Below are positions 28,461 to 38,608 of a DNA stretch of 64,000 nt, in pieces (the first letter of the stretch is position 1; every line of letters starts with the position of its first letter). A program made the translations under genes and the position numbers. Source of the DNA: an uncultured archaeon (GTDB taxonomy: Archaea; Aenigmatarchaeota; Aenigmatarchaeia; CG10238-14; SCSR01); assembly GCA_964539655.1 (NCBI GenBank), contig CAZIJH010000002.1, forward strand, positions 8,741 to 72,740. Reading direction: 5' to 3'. The notes under the pieces are model-generated. The model saw only the letters and a program-made list of their open reading frames with translations, made no database searches and was not told the DNA's origin.

Positions 28461-29612
28461 ATGGAAAAAGAAGAGATTGTCAGGAAGTTCCTCGAAGCCG
28501 GACTCCAGATAGACCTGAAGACATTGGAATATTTTCTTAATCATCAGAACAAGATAAGCTCATTTTTCTCCCTGATTGCAGAAAAAAGTCCAGGATCGCC
28601 GATAATAACTATCAATGTTGTCGAAAAGATGTTCTCGTCCAGCGACGAGCAGATCAGGGTCCTTAAGGAATTTTCTCCTTTCAAAAAAGAAATAACAATC
28701 GAGCAGCAGGTCGAGCTGCTAAACCAAAAATACAATGGCGTATCCGAAATTCTGCTGAAAAAAATTGATCTGATGGGCGTGATTTCCATAAACAAGATAG
28801 ACAAAAATCTCAGAAAATTCTCAATAATCGGAATGGTGAGGGAGAAGGATGACGAGGAAAAAACGGCTCTGGTCGAAGACAAGACTGGAAAATTGTCGGT
28901 CTCGTTCCAAAAGCAGGAAGAATTTGCGCTTTTGGAGGATGATGACGTAATCGGACTTGTTATAGACAATTTTAACGATAAGCTGTCGTGCACAAAAATA
29001 GTGTGGCCAGACATACCGCTCAGGAGAGAATCCACACGCACGTCTAAAAAATTAAACCTTTCGTTCGTAGCGACTGCAGACATCCTTGAAAAAATGGGCG
29101 GGTGGCTTAAGTCGAACAGCAAGGAAGAAAACATAATTTTTATCGCTTCAAAGACGGACGGAATCGAAAAATTCTCGGGTGAGAATCCGAACACCACAAT
29201 AATCACGTACAACGAAAACATTCCACTAACCCCGATGGGCAACAGTAGAATAATCGGAATAAATCACAATTCGGTAGTCGGAATCGGCCCGGTAAATGTC
29301 ATGGTCTTGGAAAGAAAACTTTTCGAGGAGTATCTTGCTCCAGGAAAAGATGTTGATGCCAAGGACGTGATAATAAAATTTTTGAAGAAAAGATTTCTTG
29401 CCGGAAAAATAAATTACATAGAAAGAAAATTCGTCTCGGATTTTTTCCTCAACCAAATACCGGACATGATTTTTGTAATGGGCTCTGAAAATTTTAGCGA
29501 GTCGAATTATAAAAACGCCACGATAGTCAGCATGCCAGACTCGAACAACAGCAAATTTTTCTATTTTGTAAAGCTTGACAGCCGGGAAAGTATTAAAGTT
29601 GATCTAACGTAG
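28461..29612 (+). CDS. PolD small-subunit (DP1)/B-subunit-like protein, phosphoesterase motifs lost
   Basis: N-terminal helical domain, OB fold IIGMV..EDKTG..LEDDDVIGL..IVWPDIP, C-terminal IPDMIF..YKNATIVS. Confidence 0.7.
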   Translation: MEKEEIVRKFLEAGLQIDLKTLEYFLNHQNKISSFFSLIAEKSPGSPIITINVVEKMFSSSDEQIRVLKEFSPFKKEITIEQQVELLNQKYNGVSEILLKKIDLMGVISINKIDKNLRKFSIIGMVREKDDEEKTALVEDKTGKLSVSFQKQEEFALLEDDDVIGLVIDNFNDKLSCTKIVWPDIPLRRESTRTSKKLNLSFVATADILEKMGGWLKSNSKEENIIFIASKTDGIEKFSGENPNTTIITYNENIPLTPMGNSRIIGINHNSVVGIGPVNVMVLERKLFEEYLAPGKDVDAKDVIIKFLKKRFLAGKINYIERKFVSDFFLNQIPDMIFVMGSENFSESNYKNATIVSMPDSNNSKFFYFVKLDSRESIKVDLT

Positions 29613-29621
29613 GGATTGAAT

Positions 29622-32366
29622 ATGGAGACAATTTTCCAACTGATTGACGTCGATTATGTTCAGGTTGACAGCAAAACAATCATAAGAATTTTCGGAAACA
29701 CACCCGACGGGAAGACAGTCTGCATCTTTGTCGACAATTTTAAGCCTTATTTTTACATATGTCCGAAAGAAAACATGCGCGACACTACTCTGGATTTCCT
29801 GCAGAATAAATTCGGCTCGAGCATAGTGAAAATTGAAACAGTTGAAAAATTCCTACCGTTCGGATACCACAAAGACAAAGCAAAAATTCTGAAGATCACT
29901 GCAAAGGACCCGTCTCAAGTTCCGATAATGAGAGACGAGTTGCTCAAGCAGAATTTCGTGAAAGGAATCTACGAGGCCGACATACTTTTCAAGTACAGGT
30001 TCATGGCGGACTACGGTCTTTCTGGAATGAAGTGGTATAAAGTTGAAGGAGTCCCTGCACCAACAAACACAGTCAAAGCGGACATCAGAATCAAGGCGGA
30101 GAAATTCGAGAATGTTGAAGAAAGGAAATTCGAACTGAGGCAGATGAGCTTCGACATTGAGATTGCCGGCAAGGGAGGCATGCCTAATCCCGAAGAGGAG
30201 CCCGTGATAATGATCAGCATCGCATTCCATCCAGGCTTTGGGGATTATAATACACTTGTCCTGGTTTCGAAACCGGTGAAGAACCATCCAAACGGAGACG
30301 TGCTCGCATTTCCGGACGAGAAGAGAATGCTTGAAAAATTCCTGTCAATTATAGACACGTACGATCCAGACGTCATTACCGGATACAACATAAACAATTT
30401 CGACATACCGTACATCTTCGAAAGGCTGAAGCAGAACAAGCTCGACAAGACTCTCGGAAGATGCAAGCAGAAGCAGATGATCTGCAAAAAACTTGGGACT
30501 GATTATAGAAATGTTGTCGTTGGAAGATTCATCGTGGACGTCTACAAGCTGATAAAAGAAATGCAGGTGAAGACGCAGCTTGCGGAGAAAGGATTCCCAA
30601 AATTAAAAAGATACGGACTCGACGACGTGGCGAAAGAAATTTTGAACGAACGAAAGCATGACGTCTCACACAGCGAAATTCCTAAAATGTGGAACGGGAC
30701 CGACGAAGAAATCAGGAAACTTATTGATTATGCGAGGCAGGACGCGGTGCTTGCGATGAAACTCCTTGTCATGAAGAACATGATAGAAAAATTCATAGAG
30801 CTAACAAAAGTTTCCGGGCTTCTCCTGCAAGACGTGCTGGACGGCGGGGAATCCAACAGGGTCGAGAACATGCTGCTGAGAGAATTCAACAAGGAAGATT
30901 TCGTCATGCCGCTGAAACCTTCTTCACAAGAAATTTTGAGGAGAATGGAGGAACGAGAATCGATGGGATTCAAAGGAGCGCTTGTCCTCGATCCGATTAC
31001 AGGACTCCATACGACACCAACTGTTTATCTTGATTTCAAATCGATGTACCCTTCGATATTCATAGGATACAACATCTGCCCGTCGACAATCGACATTGAA
31101 AAAAAAGAAACGGACGTAATCAAAGTTCCGACTGGTGTCCAATTCGTTTCGAAGAATGTTAAAGCCGGAATAATGCCGAGAGTGCTGCAATTTCTGATCA
31201 ACGAAAGAGACAGGATAAGAGCGCAGGCAAAGCAAACAACCGACGAGAATCTCAAGAAAATTCTTGAATCGAAACAGGTAGCAGTGAAGTACATGACGAA
31301 CGCGTTTTTCGGATACACCGGATACAACAGGGCGAGGTTATACATGCTCGACATCGCGAACGCGATAACCGGAACAGGAAGGCATCTCATCCAAGAAACA
31401 AGGGAAATAATTGAGTCGGACAAGAATCTCACGGTAGTTTACGGTGACACAGATTCGATAATGGTGAAGACGAATGAAAAGACCGTGGAGGATTCTTTCA
31501 AGGTCGGGGAAGTTTTGGAAAACAAAATTAACGAGCGGTTCAGAGGAATAATCCAAATGAAAATCGAAAGCGTTTTCACCTCCCTTCTGATACTCAGCAA
31601 GAAAAGATACGCCGGCATGAGCGTCGAAAAGGTCGCTGACGGGTTCAAGGAAAAAAACGTGATGAAGGGAATAGAAACGGTTAGAAGAGACTGGTGCGAT
31701 CTTACAGGAGAAACGTTGTCAAACGTGCTTGGAATAATTTTGAAAGACAAGGAACCTAAGAAAGCGCTAATATACATGAGGGAAATTATTGGAAAACTTG
31801 AGAAAAATGAAATTCCGGTCGAGAAACTCGTCGTCACGAAATCGGTTTCAAAATCACTGAAGGAGTACAAGGGATTGCAGCCGCACATAGAACTCGTAAA
31901 GAAAATGAGGAAGAGAGATATCTCGACGGCACCGGGAATAGGGGACAGAGTAGGATTCGTAATTGTGCAAGGCCTGCAGCTTATGTCGAACAGGGCCGAG
32001 GACCCGGACTACATCAAGAAAAATAATCTCAAGGTGGATTCGAAATATTATGTAGAGAGCCAGATACTTCCGCCACTGGAAAGAGTTTTCGAGTCCATTG
32101 GAATTTCGAAAAACGAGATCATGGGATTCGGAAAGCAGACGTCGCTCACCGACATGATGAAGAACAATTGGAACAACGGGGCAAAAAAAATTCAAGAGAA
32201 CGGTAACAATAACAGCATTACGATTCTGAATTCCGCAGAAGGTGTGATATGCAACAAGTGCAACCTTTCTTTCAGGAGGCCGCCATTGGTCGGCAAATGC
32301 GAAGCATGTAAGGGAGATTTATATTTCTATTCGGGAGAAATAAAATCTAAGAATATTGTGATTTAA
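29622..32366 (+). CDS. polB: Family B DNA polymerase with PIP-like motif and C-terminal DP2-like Zn finger
   Basis: Exo FDIE, NNFDIPY, YARQD; Pol DFKSMYPS, KYMTNAFFGY, YGDTDS. Confidence 0.97.
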   Translation: METIFQLIDVDYVQVDSKTIIRIFGNTPDGKTVCIFVDNFKPYFYICPKENMRDTTLDFLQNKFGSSIVKIETVEKFLPFGYHKDKAKILKITAKDPSQVPIMRDELLKQNFVKGIYEADILFKYRFMADYGLSGMKWYKVEGVPAPTNTVKADIRIKAEKFENVEERKFELRQMSFDIEIAGKGGMPNPEEEPVIMISIAFHPGFGDYNTLVLVSKPVKNHPNGDVLAFPDEKRMLEKFLSIIDTYDPDVITGYNINNFDIPYIFERLKQNKLDKTLGRCKQKQMICKKLGTDYRNVVVGRFIVDVYKLIKEMQVKTQLAEKGFPKLKRYGLDDVAKEILNERKHDVSHSEIPKMWNGTDEEIRKLIDYARQDAVLAMKLLVMKNMIEKFIELTKVSGLLLQDVLDGGESNRVENMLLREFNKEDFVMPLKPSSQEILRRMEERESMGFKGALVLDPITGLHTTPTVYLDFKSMYPSIFIGYNICPSTIDIEKKETDVIKVPTGVQFVSKNVKAGIMPRVLQFLINERDRIRAQAKQTTDENLKKILESKQVAVKYMTNAFFGYTGYNRARLYMLDIANAITGTGRHLIQETREIIESDKNLTVVYGDTDSIMVKTNEKTVEDSFKVGEVLENKINERFRGIIQMKIESVFTSLLILSKKRYAGMSVEKVADGFKEKNVMKGIETVRRDWCDLTGETLSNVLGIILKDKEPKKALIYMREIIGKLEKNEIPVEKLVVTKSVSKSLKEYKGLQPHIELVKKMRKRDISTAPGIGDRVGFVIVQGLQLMSNRAEDPDYIKKNNLKVDSKYYVESQILPPLERVFESIGISKNEIMGFGKQTSLTDMMKNNWNNGAKKIQENGNNNSITILNSAEGVICNKCNLSFRRPPLVGKCEACKGDLYFYSGEIKSKNIVI

Positions 32367-32917
32367 TGTTTGAAGAGTTGGACCTGCAGATTTTGAAGTT
32401 CATCAACCACCCAATCGATCCAATAGTAAATTATTTTTTCATATTTCTCGCTTATTCCATCTATCCGTTCCTTTTCTACCTCGCATACTATTTTTACAAG
32501 CACAAGCAGAGCGGAATACTTTCGCATCTGGTCGTCACCGCGATAATCGGATTCCTGATAGTTTCCGCGATAAAATACATTGTCGACCGCCCGAGGCCGT
32601 ATCTTGACAACTCGGAAATACAGAATATAATTTTCCTGTCAGACCCGTCTTTCCCATCGAGGCACACTTTCACAGCGCTGCTTCTCAGCATGTTTGTTCC
32701 AAGGGGATTATCAAGAAAATGGAAATCATCAATGTTCATTTATCTTGCGATGATTCCGATAACGATGATGTACATAGGCGTGCATTATCCGAGCGACATA
32801 CTAGGCGGCGTCATAATCGGACTGCTTGTCCCGAGAATAATCACTGAAAAACTTTCAACCAACCTATCAGAAAGAATTTTGTCGTTTGATATCAAGAAAC
32901 TTGTTCCAGCTTCCTAA
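32366..32917 (+). CDS. PAP2 family (lipid pyrophosphate) phosphatase
   Basis: K..VDRPRP, SFPSRH, GVHYPSDILGG. Confidence 0.9.
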   Translation: MFEELDLQILKFINHPIDPIVNYFFIFLAYSIYPFLFYLAYYFYKHKQSGILSHLVVTAIIGFLIVSAIKYIVDRPRPYLDNSEIQNIIFLSDPSFPSRHTFTALLLSMFVPRGLSRKWKSSMFIYLAMIPITMMYIGVHYPSDILGGVIIGLLVPRIITEKLSTNLSERILSFDIKKLVPAS

Positions 32918-34655
32918 CCTTTTCTAGAATCACAACATAAGCTGGACGGGTAATCAGAATTCCGATGAATACTCCGACTATGGTTGTGATTGCAAATCCT
33001 TTCAGTGTTCCAATTCCCAGGACCATCAGAGGTATCATTGCAAACGCCACCATCGCAGCCGAGCTCCATATCAGATTCATCGCAATCTTGTGACGCTCGC
33101 GCAAACTTTTGTCCTTTTCAAGCAGAAGCTGGTCGGTCATTATTATCATCTGGTTAACCCCTGTTCCGAGAATCGCGATCAATCCCGCTATCGCAGCGAT
33201 GTCGAGAGTCCATCTCGAAATTACCACGGGTATGGTCGCTATTATCATCACCAAGACAGTTACCCATCCCAGCATCCCGAAAACTTCTTTTTTCATCATA
33301 GCAATTACAAGCGCGACAACTATAATTAACGCGGCGAAAAACTGCGAGGCAGCAACTCCCAAAATTAAAATTATTTCACAGAAGCTGATCGCTATCATCG
33401 GCAAAGAAATTTTGAAGTCCCTGTACCTTATGAAAATTATCGCGCTGACAGCTATCGCGGCTGCAATCGCAACGTAAATTGTGGAATTTATCAAGTCCTT
33501 TCCAGCATTCTGCGTTATCGTGTCGACTTTGACTATCTCCAGTTCGACTGGCAAGCTTCCGGACCTCAATGTGGATTCCAGCCTTGTTTTTTCCTTCACA
33601 GCTCCGCTTCTGGTTTCCTCGAATCCCTGTATTGACGCGCTTGTAAGAGCCTGGCCCGCAAGATTAGAAACGATGTTCAATTCGCTCACAGGCTTTGCGT
33701 CGAGAAGCAGCAGAAGTTTCGGCTCTATGTATCTTTGAGTCCCCTCCAATTTTATCGGCTGGTTCTTCGTGGCCTTCGCAAACCTGTCCGCGCCGGCTTT
33801 GCTGGTCTGTATGGTGAAATAAAATTCGTAACCGCCTTCGACTTCACTTATCCTGCTATTCTGCGCATCGGTAAACACAGCAGTAATGTCCTCCCCTGTA
33901 AAAATGTTGATCAGCAGATTCGCGTAATTGCTGCCTATGTCGCCCACATCTACTTTCATCGATGCTATTACGAAACTCTCATTTTCAGAATACCTGCTCC
34001 CGTTTATTTCAATCTCGTTGTCGACGACGGAGATCGGATGACTATTGCCCGCTACGATGAATTTTCCCGAACCGTTCACAAATTGTACAGACTCGTTAAG
34101 CTTCCCTTCAAACTTTCCCTGCTTTGCCAAAAAATTCCTGACTTCGTCGCCAGTAGCCCCGGCCATCTCGATCTGAATAAGATTCTCGCCGACGGTAGAC
34201 ACATGAATCTCGCTGAGCCCGTAGAAGTTTATCCTGTTGTTTAAAGTGTTGATAGTTTCGTCAACTACTGTCGAGGTTACGGATGTTTTTGGTTTCAACA
34301 GTACGCGCGTCCCACCTTCGATATCTATTCCGAATTTCAGCGCGCTGCTTTCCAGTTTCCTTACAGTAATTCCGATGTCACCATCATTAACTGCCACGCA
34401 ACTTATCGGCACCCCGCCGACCACCATAGGAACCGAAGTGTTTTTTACAAATCCGTGCAACGCATTTTTGAATTCGTCTTCGGTGTTGATAACCTGTCCC
34501 TGTATTTGTGTCACCACGTCTCCTTCTTTCAAATTTGTACATTGGCTCGTCTCGCCGACGAAACTCACTGTTACTCCGTTGCTCTTGAAAATGTAAGGAG
34601 AGACGATCAGAAATATCGAGACAACTGTAAGTATTGTCAAAATTGCAAACCTCAT
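32892..34655 (-). CDS. secD: Protein translocase subunit SecD with PDZ-like domain
   Basis: FGIDIEGGTRVLL, LRSGSLPV, KGFAITTIVGV..ITRPAY; start approximate. Confidence 0.9.
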   Translation of the reverse strand: MRFAILTILTVVSIFLIVSPYIFKSNGVTVSFVGETSQCTNLKEGDVVTQIQGQVINTEDEFKNALHGFVKNTSVPMVVGGVPISCVAVNDGDIGITVRKLESSALKFGIDIEGGTRVLLKPKTSVTSTVVDETINTLNNRINFYGLSEIHVSTVGENLIQIEMAGATGDEVRNFLAKQGKFEGKLNESVQFVNGSGKFIVAGNSHPISVVDNEIEINGSRYSENESFVIASMKVDVGDIGSNYANLLINIFTGEDITAVFTDAQNSRISEVEGGYEFYFTIQTSKAGADRFAKATKNQPIKLEGTQRYIEPKLLLLLDAKPVSELNIVSNLAGQALTSASIQGFEETRSGAVKEKTRLESTLRSGSLPVELEIVKVDTITQNAGKDLINSTIYVAIAAAIAVSAIIFIRYRDFKISLPMIAISFCEIILILGVAASQFFAALIIVVALVIAMMKKEVFGMLGWVTVLVMIIATIPVVISRWTLDIAAIAGLIAILGTGVNQMIIMTDQLLLEKDKSLRERHKIAMNLIWSSAAMVAFAMIPLMVLGIGTLKGFAITTIVGVFIGILITRPAYVVILEKVRKLEQVS

Positions 34656-34660
34656 GTCCT

Positions 34661-35518
34661 TTACGATGCTGATTTCAATCTCCTCCCAAGCCAGATTTCC
34701 AAAATGCCCGCGTTGAAAATCCACGTGTACAAAAGATCGGACAAAAATCCTATTACAAGAATGTCCGCTATGTTGACGAGAAGTTTCGACGAAGACATCA
34801 TTATCACTATGAACATCGTGATCGTTATTGTCGCGATCAGCGTGATTCCCGTCGTGAACGCTTTCTTGTACCTGCTCTTGAATTCTTCCATCGTAGTGCC
34901 GTGTGCAGTTACCTTGCTCGTCAGGACTATGTTTGTGTCAACAGTGTAAGCTATGAGCATGAGAAGACCAGCGAACCCCGCGAGACTTATCCTTATGCCG
35001 ATAAGGCTTGTTATCGCGAGCGTAGTAACGATGTTGGCAAGTATTGCAAAAACTATTCCGAAGCTCGAGACCAGGTTCCTGTAGATAATGAAAATTATTA
35101 TGCTCATCAGGACAAACGCTATGACCAGGATGTAAGTCATCTGCTGAAGAAACATGTTCCCGAGAGACGGCCCGATTGTCTCGATCGAGAATCCGGTCAC
35201 ATTTATCCCGGAAGCCTTGACATAATTGATCAGCTCATTCGAATCGGTTTCCGCGGAAACTTCTATGCCGGCTCCGTATCCAGTCGAAGTCCTGAGCCCA
35301 GAAATGTACACCGATCCGTATTTTTCAGCCAACAATTTTTCCAAATTTACAACATCAATCTGCTTGTCGGACTCTATCGTTACGAGAGTTCCTCCCTTCA
35401 GGTCGACATCCCGTGCTACAAAATCTCCGGTGCTAATGTAGTTCCAGACGAGAACCGACGACGAAAAAAGAAACAGCGCAATCGGAATGAAAATTAAATT
35501 CTTGGTTTTTATTTCCAT
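34661..35518 (-). CDS. secF: Protein translocase subunit SecF
   Basis: DVDLKGGT, IGPSLG, YTVDTNIVL, TWIFNAGIL. Confidence 0.92.
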   Translation of the reverse strand: MEIKTKNLIFIPIALFLFSSSVLVWNYISTGDFVARDVDLKGGTLVTIESDKQIDVVNLEKLLAEKYGSVYISGLRTSTGYGAGIEVSAETDSNELINYVKASGINVTGFSIETIGPSLGNMFLQQMTYILVIAFVLMSIIIFIIYRNLVSSFGIVFAILANIVTTLAITSLIGIRISLAGFAGLLMLIAYTVDTNIVLTSKVTAHGTTMEEFKSRYKKAFTTGITLIATITITMFIVIMMSSSKLLVNIADILVIGFLSDLLYTWIFNAGILEIWLGRRLKSAS

Positions 35519-35549
35519 AAATTATCTATGGGAGATAAACTCATATACA

Positions 35550-36389
35550 TTATTTCTGTTTTTTAATCAGCTCGGAAACTTTCCTCACGTCTTCGCCGTT
35601 GTGCACGTTCACCCAGTTCCCCCCGATATGGAATCCGACAAGCTTGTCTTCCGCCGAAAGTTTCGGGAATATATTTTCCTGCAGGCTCCAGCAAATTTCC
35701 CCTGGAGGTATGTAGTTGAAAATTTCGGGCTTCATGAAACCGGCCAGCACTCCAGCAAGCCTGGTTTTAGGCTTTGCCGAATTTTCCTCGAAGCTGATTA
35801 TCCTGTGTCCTTCCATATCAATTATGCTTTTCTTCCAGTCGTAGCTCGTCCTCGCGTGCACACCGATCGTTGCGACTCCTCCGTACGTGTTGTGGAATTC
35901 CGCAAGCTTCCTCAAGTCGAAACCTATGTAGAAAGTGCTCGATAAAAATAGGAAATCGTTTTTGATGTAGTTCATCGCCAGCTCGAGAGTCTTCGCGCTA
36001 CCAAGAGACTTCTTTTCCTCTATGTATACGATCTTCACTTTGTATTTTTCCCCGCCGCCAAGGATCTCGTAAATTTTCGAAATAACTGAAGTAAATCCGA
36101 CAATGATGATGTTGGAGTATCCGGCCTCTCTGCATTTGGAAATCGTGTCCTCGATCAGCGTAGTCTTCCCGTTAATAATTGTGCACGGCCTAAGGACATC
36201 AGAATTTTCGAGAAGAAGTTTTTCAGGATCCCCTCCTGCAAGGATAACCGCAGTTTTCTGTCCCGTCAGATGATCTCTCAATATTTTTTCAATCGCATCG
36301 GAGCGCGACTTCACAATTATTCCGTCGATTTTTTTGTCAAGGTCCGACATGATTTCCTTGTCAATGGTCAACGAAATCCGTTTTTTCAT
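35550..36389 (-). CDS. Ribbon-helix-helix domain fused to a degenerate sugar-phosphate nucleotidyltransferase
   Basis: MKKRISLTID..SRSDAIE RHH; AVILAGG, LGSAKTL. Confidence 0.8.
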   Translation of the reverse strand: MKKRISLTIDKEIMSDLDKKIDGIIVKSRSDAIEKILRDHLTGQKTAVILAGGDPEKLLLENSDVLRPCTIINGKTTLIEDTISKCREAGYSNIIIVGFTSVISKIYEILGGGEKYKVKIVYIEEKKSLGSAKTLELAMNYIKNDFLFLSSTFYIGFDLRKLAEFHNTYGGVATIGVHARTSYDWKKSIIDMEGHRIISFEENSAKPKTRLAGVLAGFMKPEIFNYIPPGEICWSLQENIFPKLSAEDKLVGFHIGGNWVNVHNGEDVRKVSELIKKQK

Positions 36390-36468
36390 GTTTTATCATA
36401 CTGTAGTATTACTTTATATTACTTTCGTTAGCTATTTATTCGATTTTTTTGAAGTATGGTAAGATAGT

Positions 36469-37779
36469 ATGAAAGTTTCTGTAATAGGCACAGGGTACGT
36501 CGGACTTACAGTCGCATGCTTGGCCGACTTCGGGCACAAGGTAATCTTGATTGGGAGAGCCCATGACAAGATAGATCTTATTAACAGCGGGGTATCCCCG
36601 ATATACGAGCCCGGGCTCGACGAAATTATAAAGAGAAACATCGACAACGGAAACCTGAAGGCAACCGATGATTACAATGAAATTCTTGACAGTGACGTAG
36701 TCTTCGTTTGTGTGGGCACTCCTTCGAGGTATGACGGCTCGATAGATCTTTCTCAAATTCAGGATGCGACAAAATCGATCGGAGAGAAACTGAAACTTAC
36801 AAACAAATACATAGTTGTCACAGTAAAAAGCACAGTTGTCCCCAACACGACTAAAGATTTCGTAACTCCAATTTTGGAAAAATATTCCGGAAAGAATTCG
36901 GGAAAAGATTTCGGCGTCGGAATGAATCCGGAATTCTTGAAAGAGGGAACGGGTGTCAGCGATTTTCTTTATCCGGACAAGATTGTGATCGGCGGAATGG
37001 ACGAGAGATCCAAGAGTGTCCTCGTCGATTTGTACAGCTGTCTCGATGCAAAATATCCGAGAGTATTGACAAATTTAACAACAGCCGAAATGATAAAGTA
37101 TGCGCAGAATTCCGCGCTGGCTGTCAGGATTTCTTTTATCAACGAGATTGCCAACATTTGCGAAAGAACCGGGGTCGATGTGGTTGATGTTGCAAAATCA
37201 ATTGGAATTGACACAAGAATAGGTCCGAAATTTTTAAACGCGGGTATAGGTTATGGGGGAAGTTGCTTTCCGAAAGATGTGAAGGCGCTCATCGCGATTG
37301 CAAAATCGGCCGGAGTTGATCCGAAAATTCTGCAATCGACAATTGATGTAAATGACGGCCGCGCTTCGCATGCGATTGATATGGCCAATCAAATACTTGG
37401 AAATCTTAACGGAAAGAAAATCGGAGCTCTGGGGCTTGCATTCAAGCAGGACACAGACGACATAAGAGAGTCGAAAGCAATCGCTGTTATACAATCGCTC
37501 TTGAGCCAGGGAGCGCAAGTCCAAGCATACGATCCGCAGGCAACTGCGAACGCGAAAGAAATTCTCAAGGACTCAATAAAATATTGCTCGACGAAAGAAG
37601 AGTGCCTGGATGGGATTGATCTGTGCATGGTTCTCACGGAATGGGACGAATTCAGAAATCTCGATCTTTCAAAAATAAAATGCCCGATATTCGACGGAAG
37701 AAGAGTCGTAAATCCGCAGAAAGCGAAAGAATTCGGCGTCGAATACAGTGGAATCGGATGGGGTGGTTATTCTGGTTAA
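36469..37779 (+). CDS. ugd: UDP-glucose/GDP-mannose 6-dehydrogenase
   Basis: GTGYVG, NPEFLKEG, GYGGSCFPKD, DDIRES. Confidence 0.95.
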   Translation: MKVSVIGTGYVGLTVACLADFGHKVILIGRAHDKIDLINSGVSPIYEPGLDEIIKRNIDNGNLKATDDYNEILDSDVVFVCVGTPSRYDGSIDLSQIQDATKSIGEKLKLTNKYIVVTVKSTVVPNTTKDFVTPILEKYSGKNSGKDFGVGMNPEFLKEGTGVSDFLYPDKIVIGGMDERSKSVLVDLYSCLDAKYPRVLTNLTTAEMIKYAQNSALAVRISFINEIANICERTGVDVVDVAKSIGIDTRIGPKFLNAGIGYGGSCFPKDVKALIAIAKSAGVDPKILQSTIDVNDGRASHAIDMANQILGNLNGKKIGALGLAFKQDTDDIRESKAIAVIQSLLSQGAQVQAYDPQATANAKEILKDSIKYCSTKEECLDGIDLCMVLTEWDEFRNLDLSKIKCPIFDGRRVVNPQKAKEFGVEYSGIGWGGYSG

Positions 37780-38608
37780 GGCAATTATTCTAGCTGCTGG
37801 AAAAGGAACGAGACTGAGACCCCTCACTTACGGAATTCCAAAACCGCTTCTTCCAGTAAAAGGAAAGCCCATGGTTGACTGGGTAATCAGGAGCGTCATG
37901 GGAAAGAACGTAGACGGAATAATTCTCGCAGTATCGGGGACTGTCGGAGAGGATTCGCAGGAAAGAATGCTTTCGCATATTCACGGAATCTGCATAGACG
38001 CTTACATCAAGAATCTCAATTACAATTGCCCGATAAGAACAATACCTACTCCGCAGAGAGAGACGGCTGGTGATCTAAGATTCGTACTTGAGGAAGCCCA
38101 CATCAAAAAGGGAACAATTATTGTCGCATACGGTGACAACCTGACATCAGTCGACGTTGACAAGCTTCTTGATTATCATGAAAGATGCAAAAAGGAATTG
38201 GGGACAGTTGGAACAGTCGTTCTTTTCGAAGCTCCTGAAAACGAAGTGCACAGGTTCGGTATAGCAAAGCTGAAAAGCGTAAACGGATTTGATCTTATAG
38301 AAAATTTCATAGAGAAGCCGACCTTGCAGCAGGCTCCGTCCAGACTTGCAAACGCAGGATACTACATACTCGACGTGGAGGAAGTCTTCGACATGCTATC
38401 GAGAGAAAAAGTTAAAGTCGAGCATTCGCTGTTCCCTACGCTCGCGAGCCAAAACAAACTTGCCGCGTTCGTAACTAAGCTGCCATTCTGGATTGACATA
38501 AGTACGGTAGAAGCTTACGAATTGGCAAATAAGCTCGCTCACGATAATCTCATTTTGCCGCCGCCGGTGGCAGAGGTGAAAAACAATGGAAATGGATCAA
38601 ATAATTAA
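37763..38608 (+). CDS. Sugar-1-phosphate nucleotidyltransferase
   Basis: LAAGKGTRLRPLT..PKPLLP, YGD, FIEKP; start approximate. Confidence 0.92.
   Translation: MVILVKAIILAAGKGTRLRPLTYGIPKPLLPVKGKPMVDWVIRSVMGKNVDGIILAVSGTVGEDSQERMLSHIHGICIDAYIKNLNYNCPIRTIPTPQRETAGDLRFVLEEAHIKKGTIIVAYGDNLTSVDVDKLLDYHERCKKELGTVGTVVLFEAPENEVHRFGIAKLKSVNGFDLIENFIEKPTLQQAPSRLANAGYYILDVEEVFDMLSREKVKVEHSLFPTLASQNKLAAFVTKLPFWIDISTVEAYELANKLAHDNLILPPPVAEVKNNGNGSNN

Noticed and set aside
29622..32366. Intein, or viral/casposon origin of polB
   Set aside because: Motifs are contiguous with no intein signatures; no protein-primed features, cas1 or terminal repeats seen
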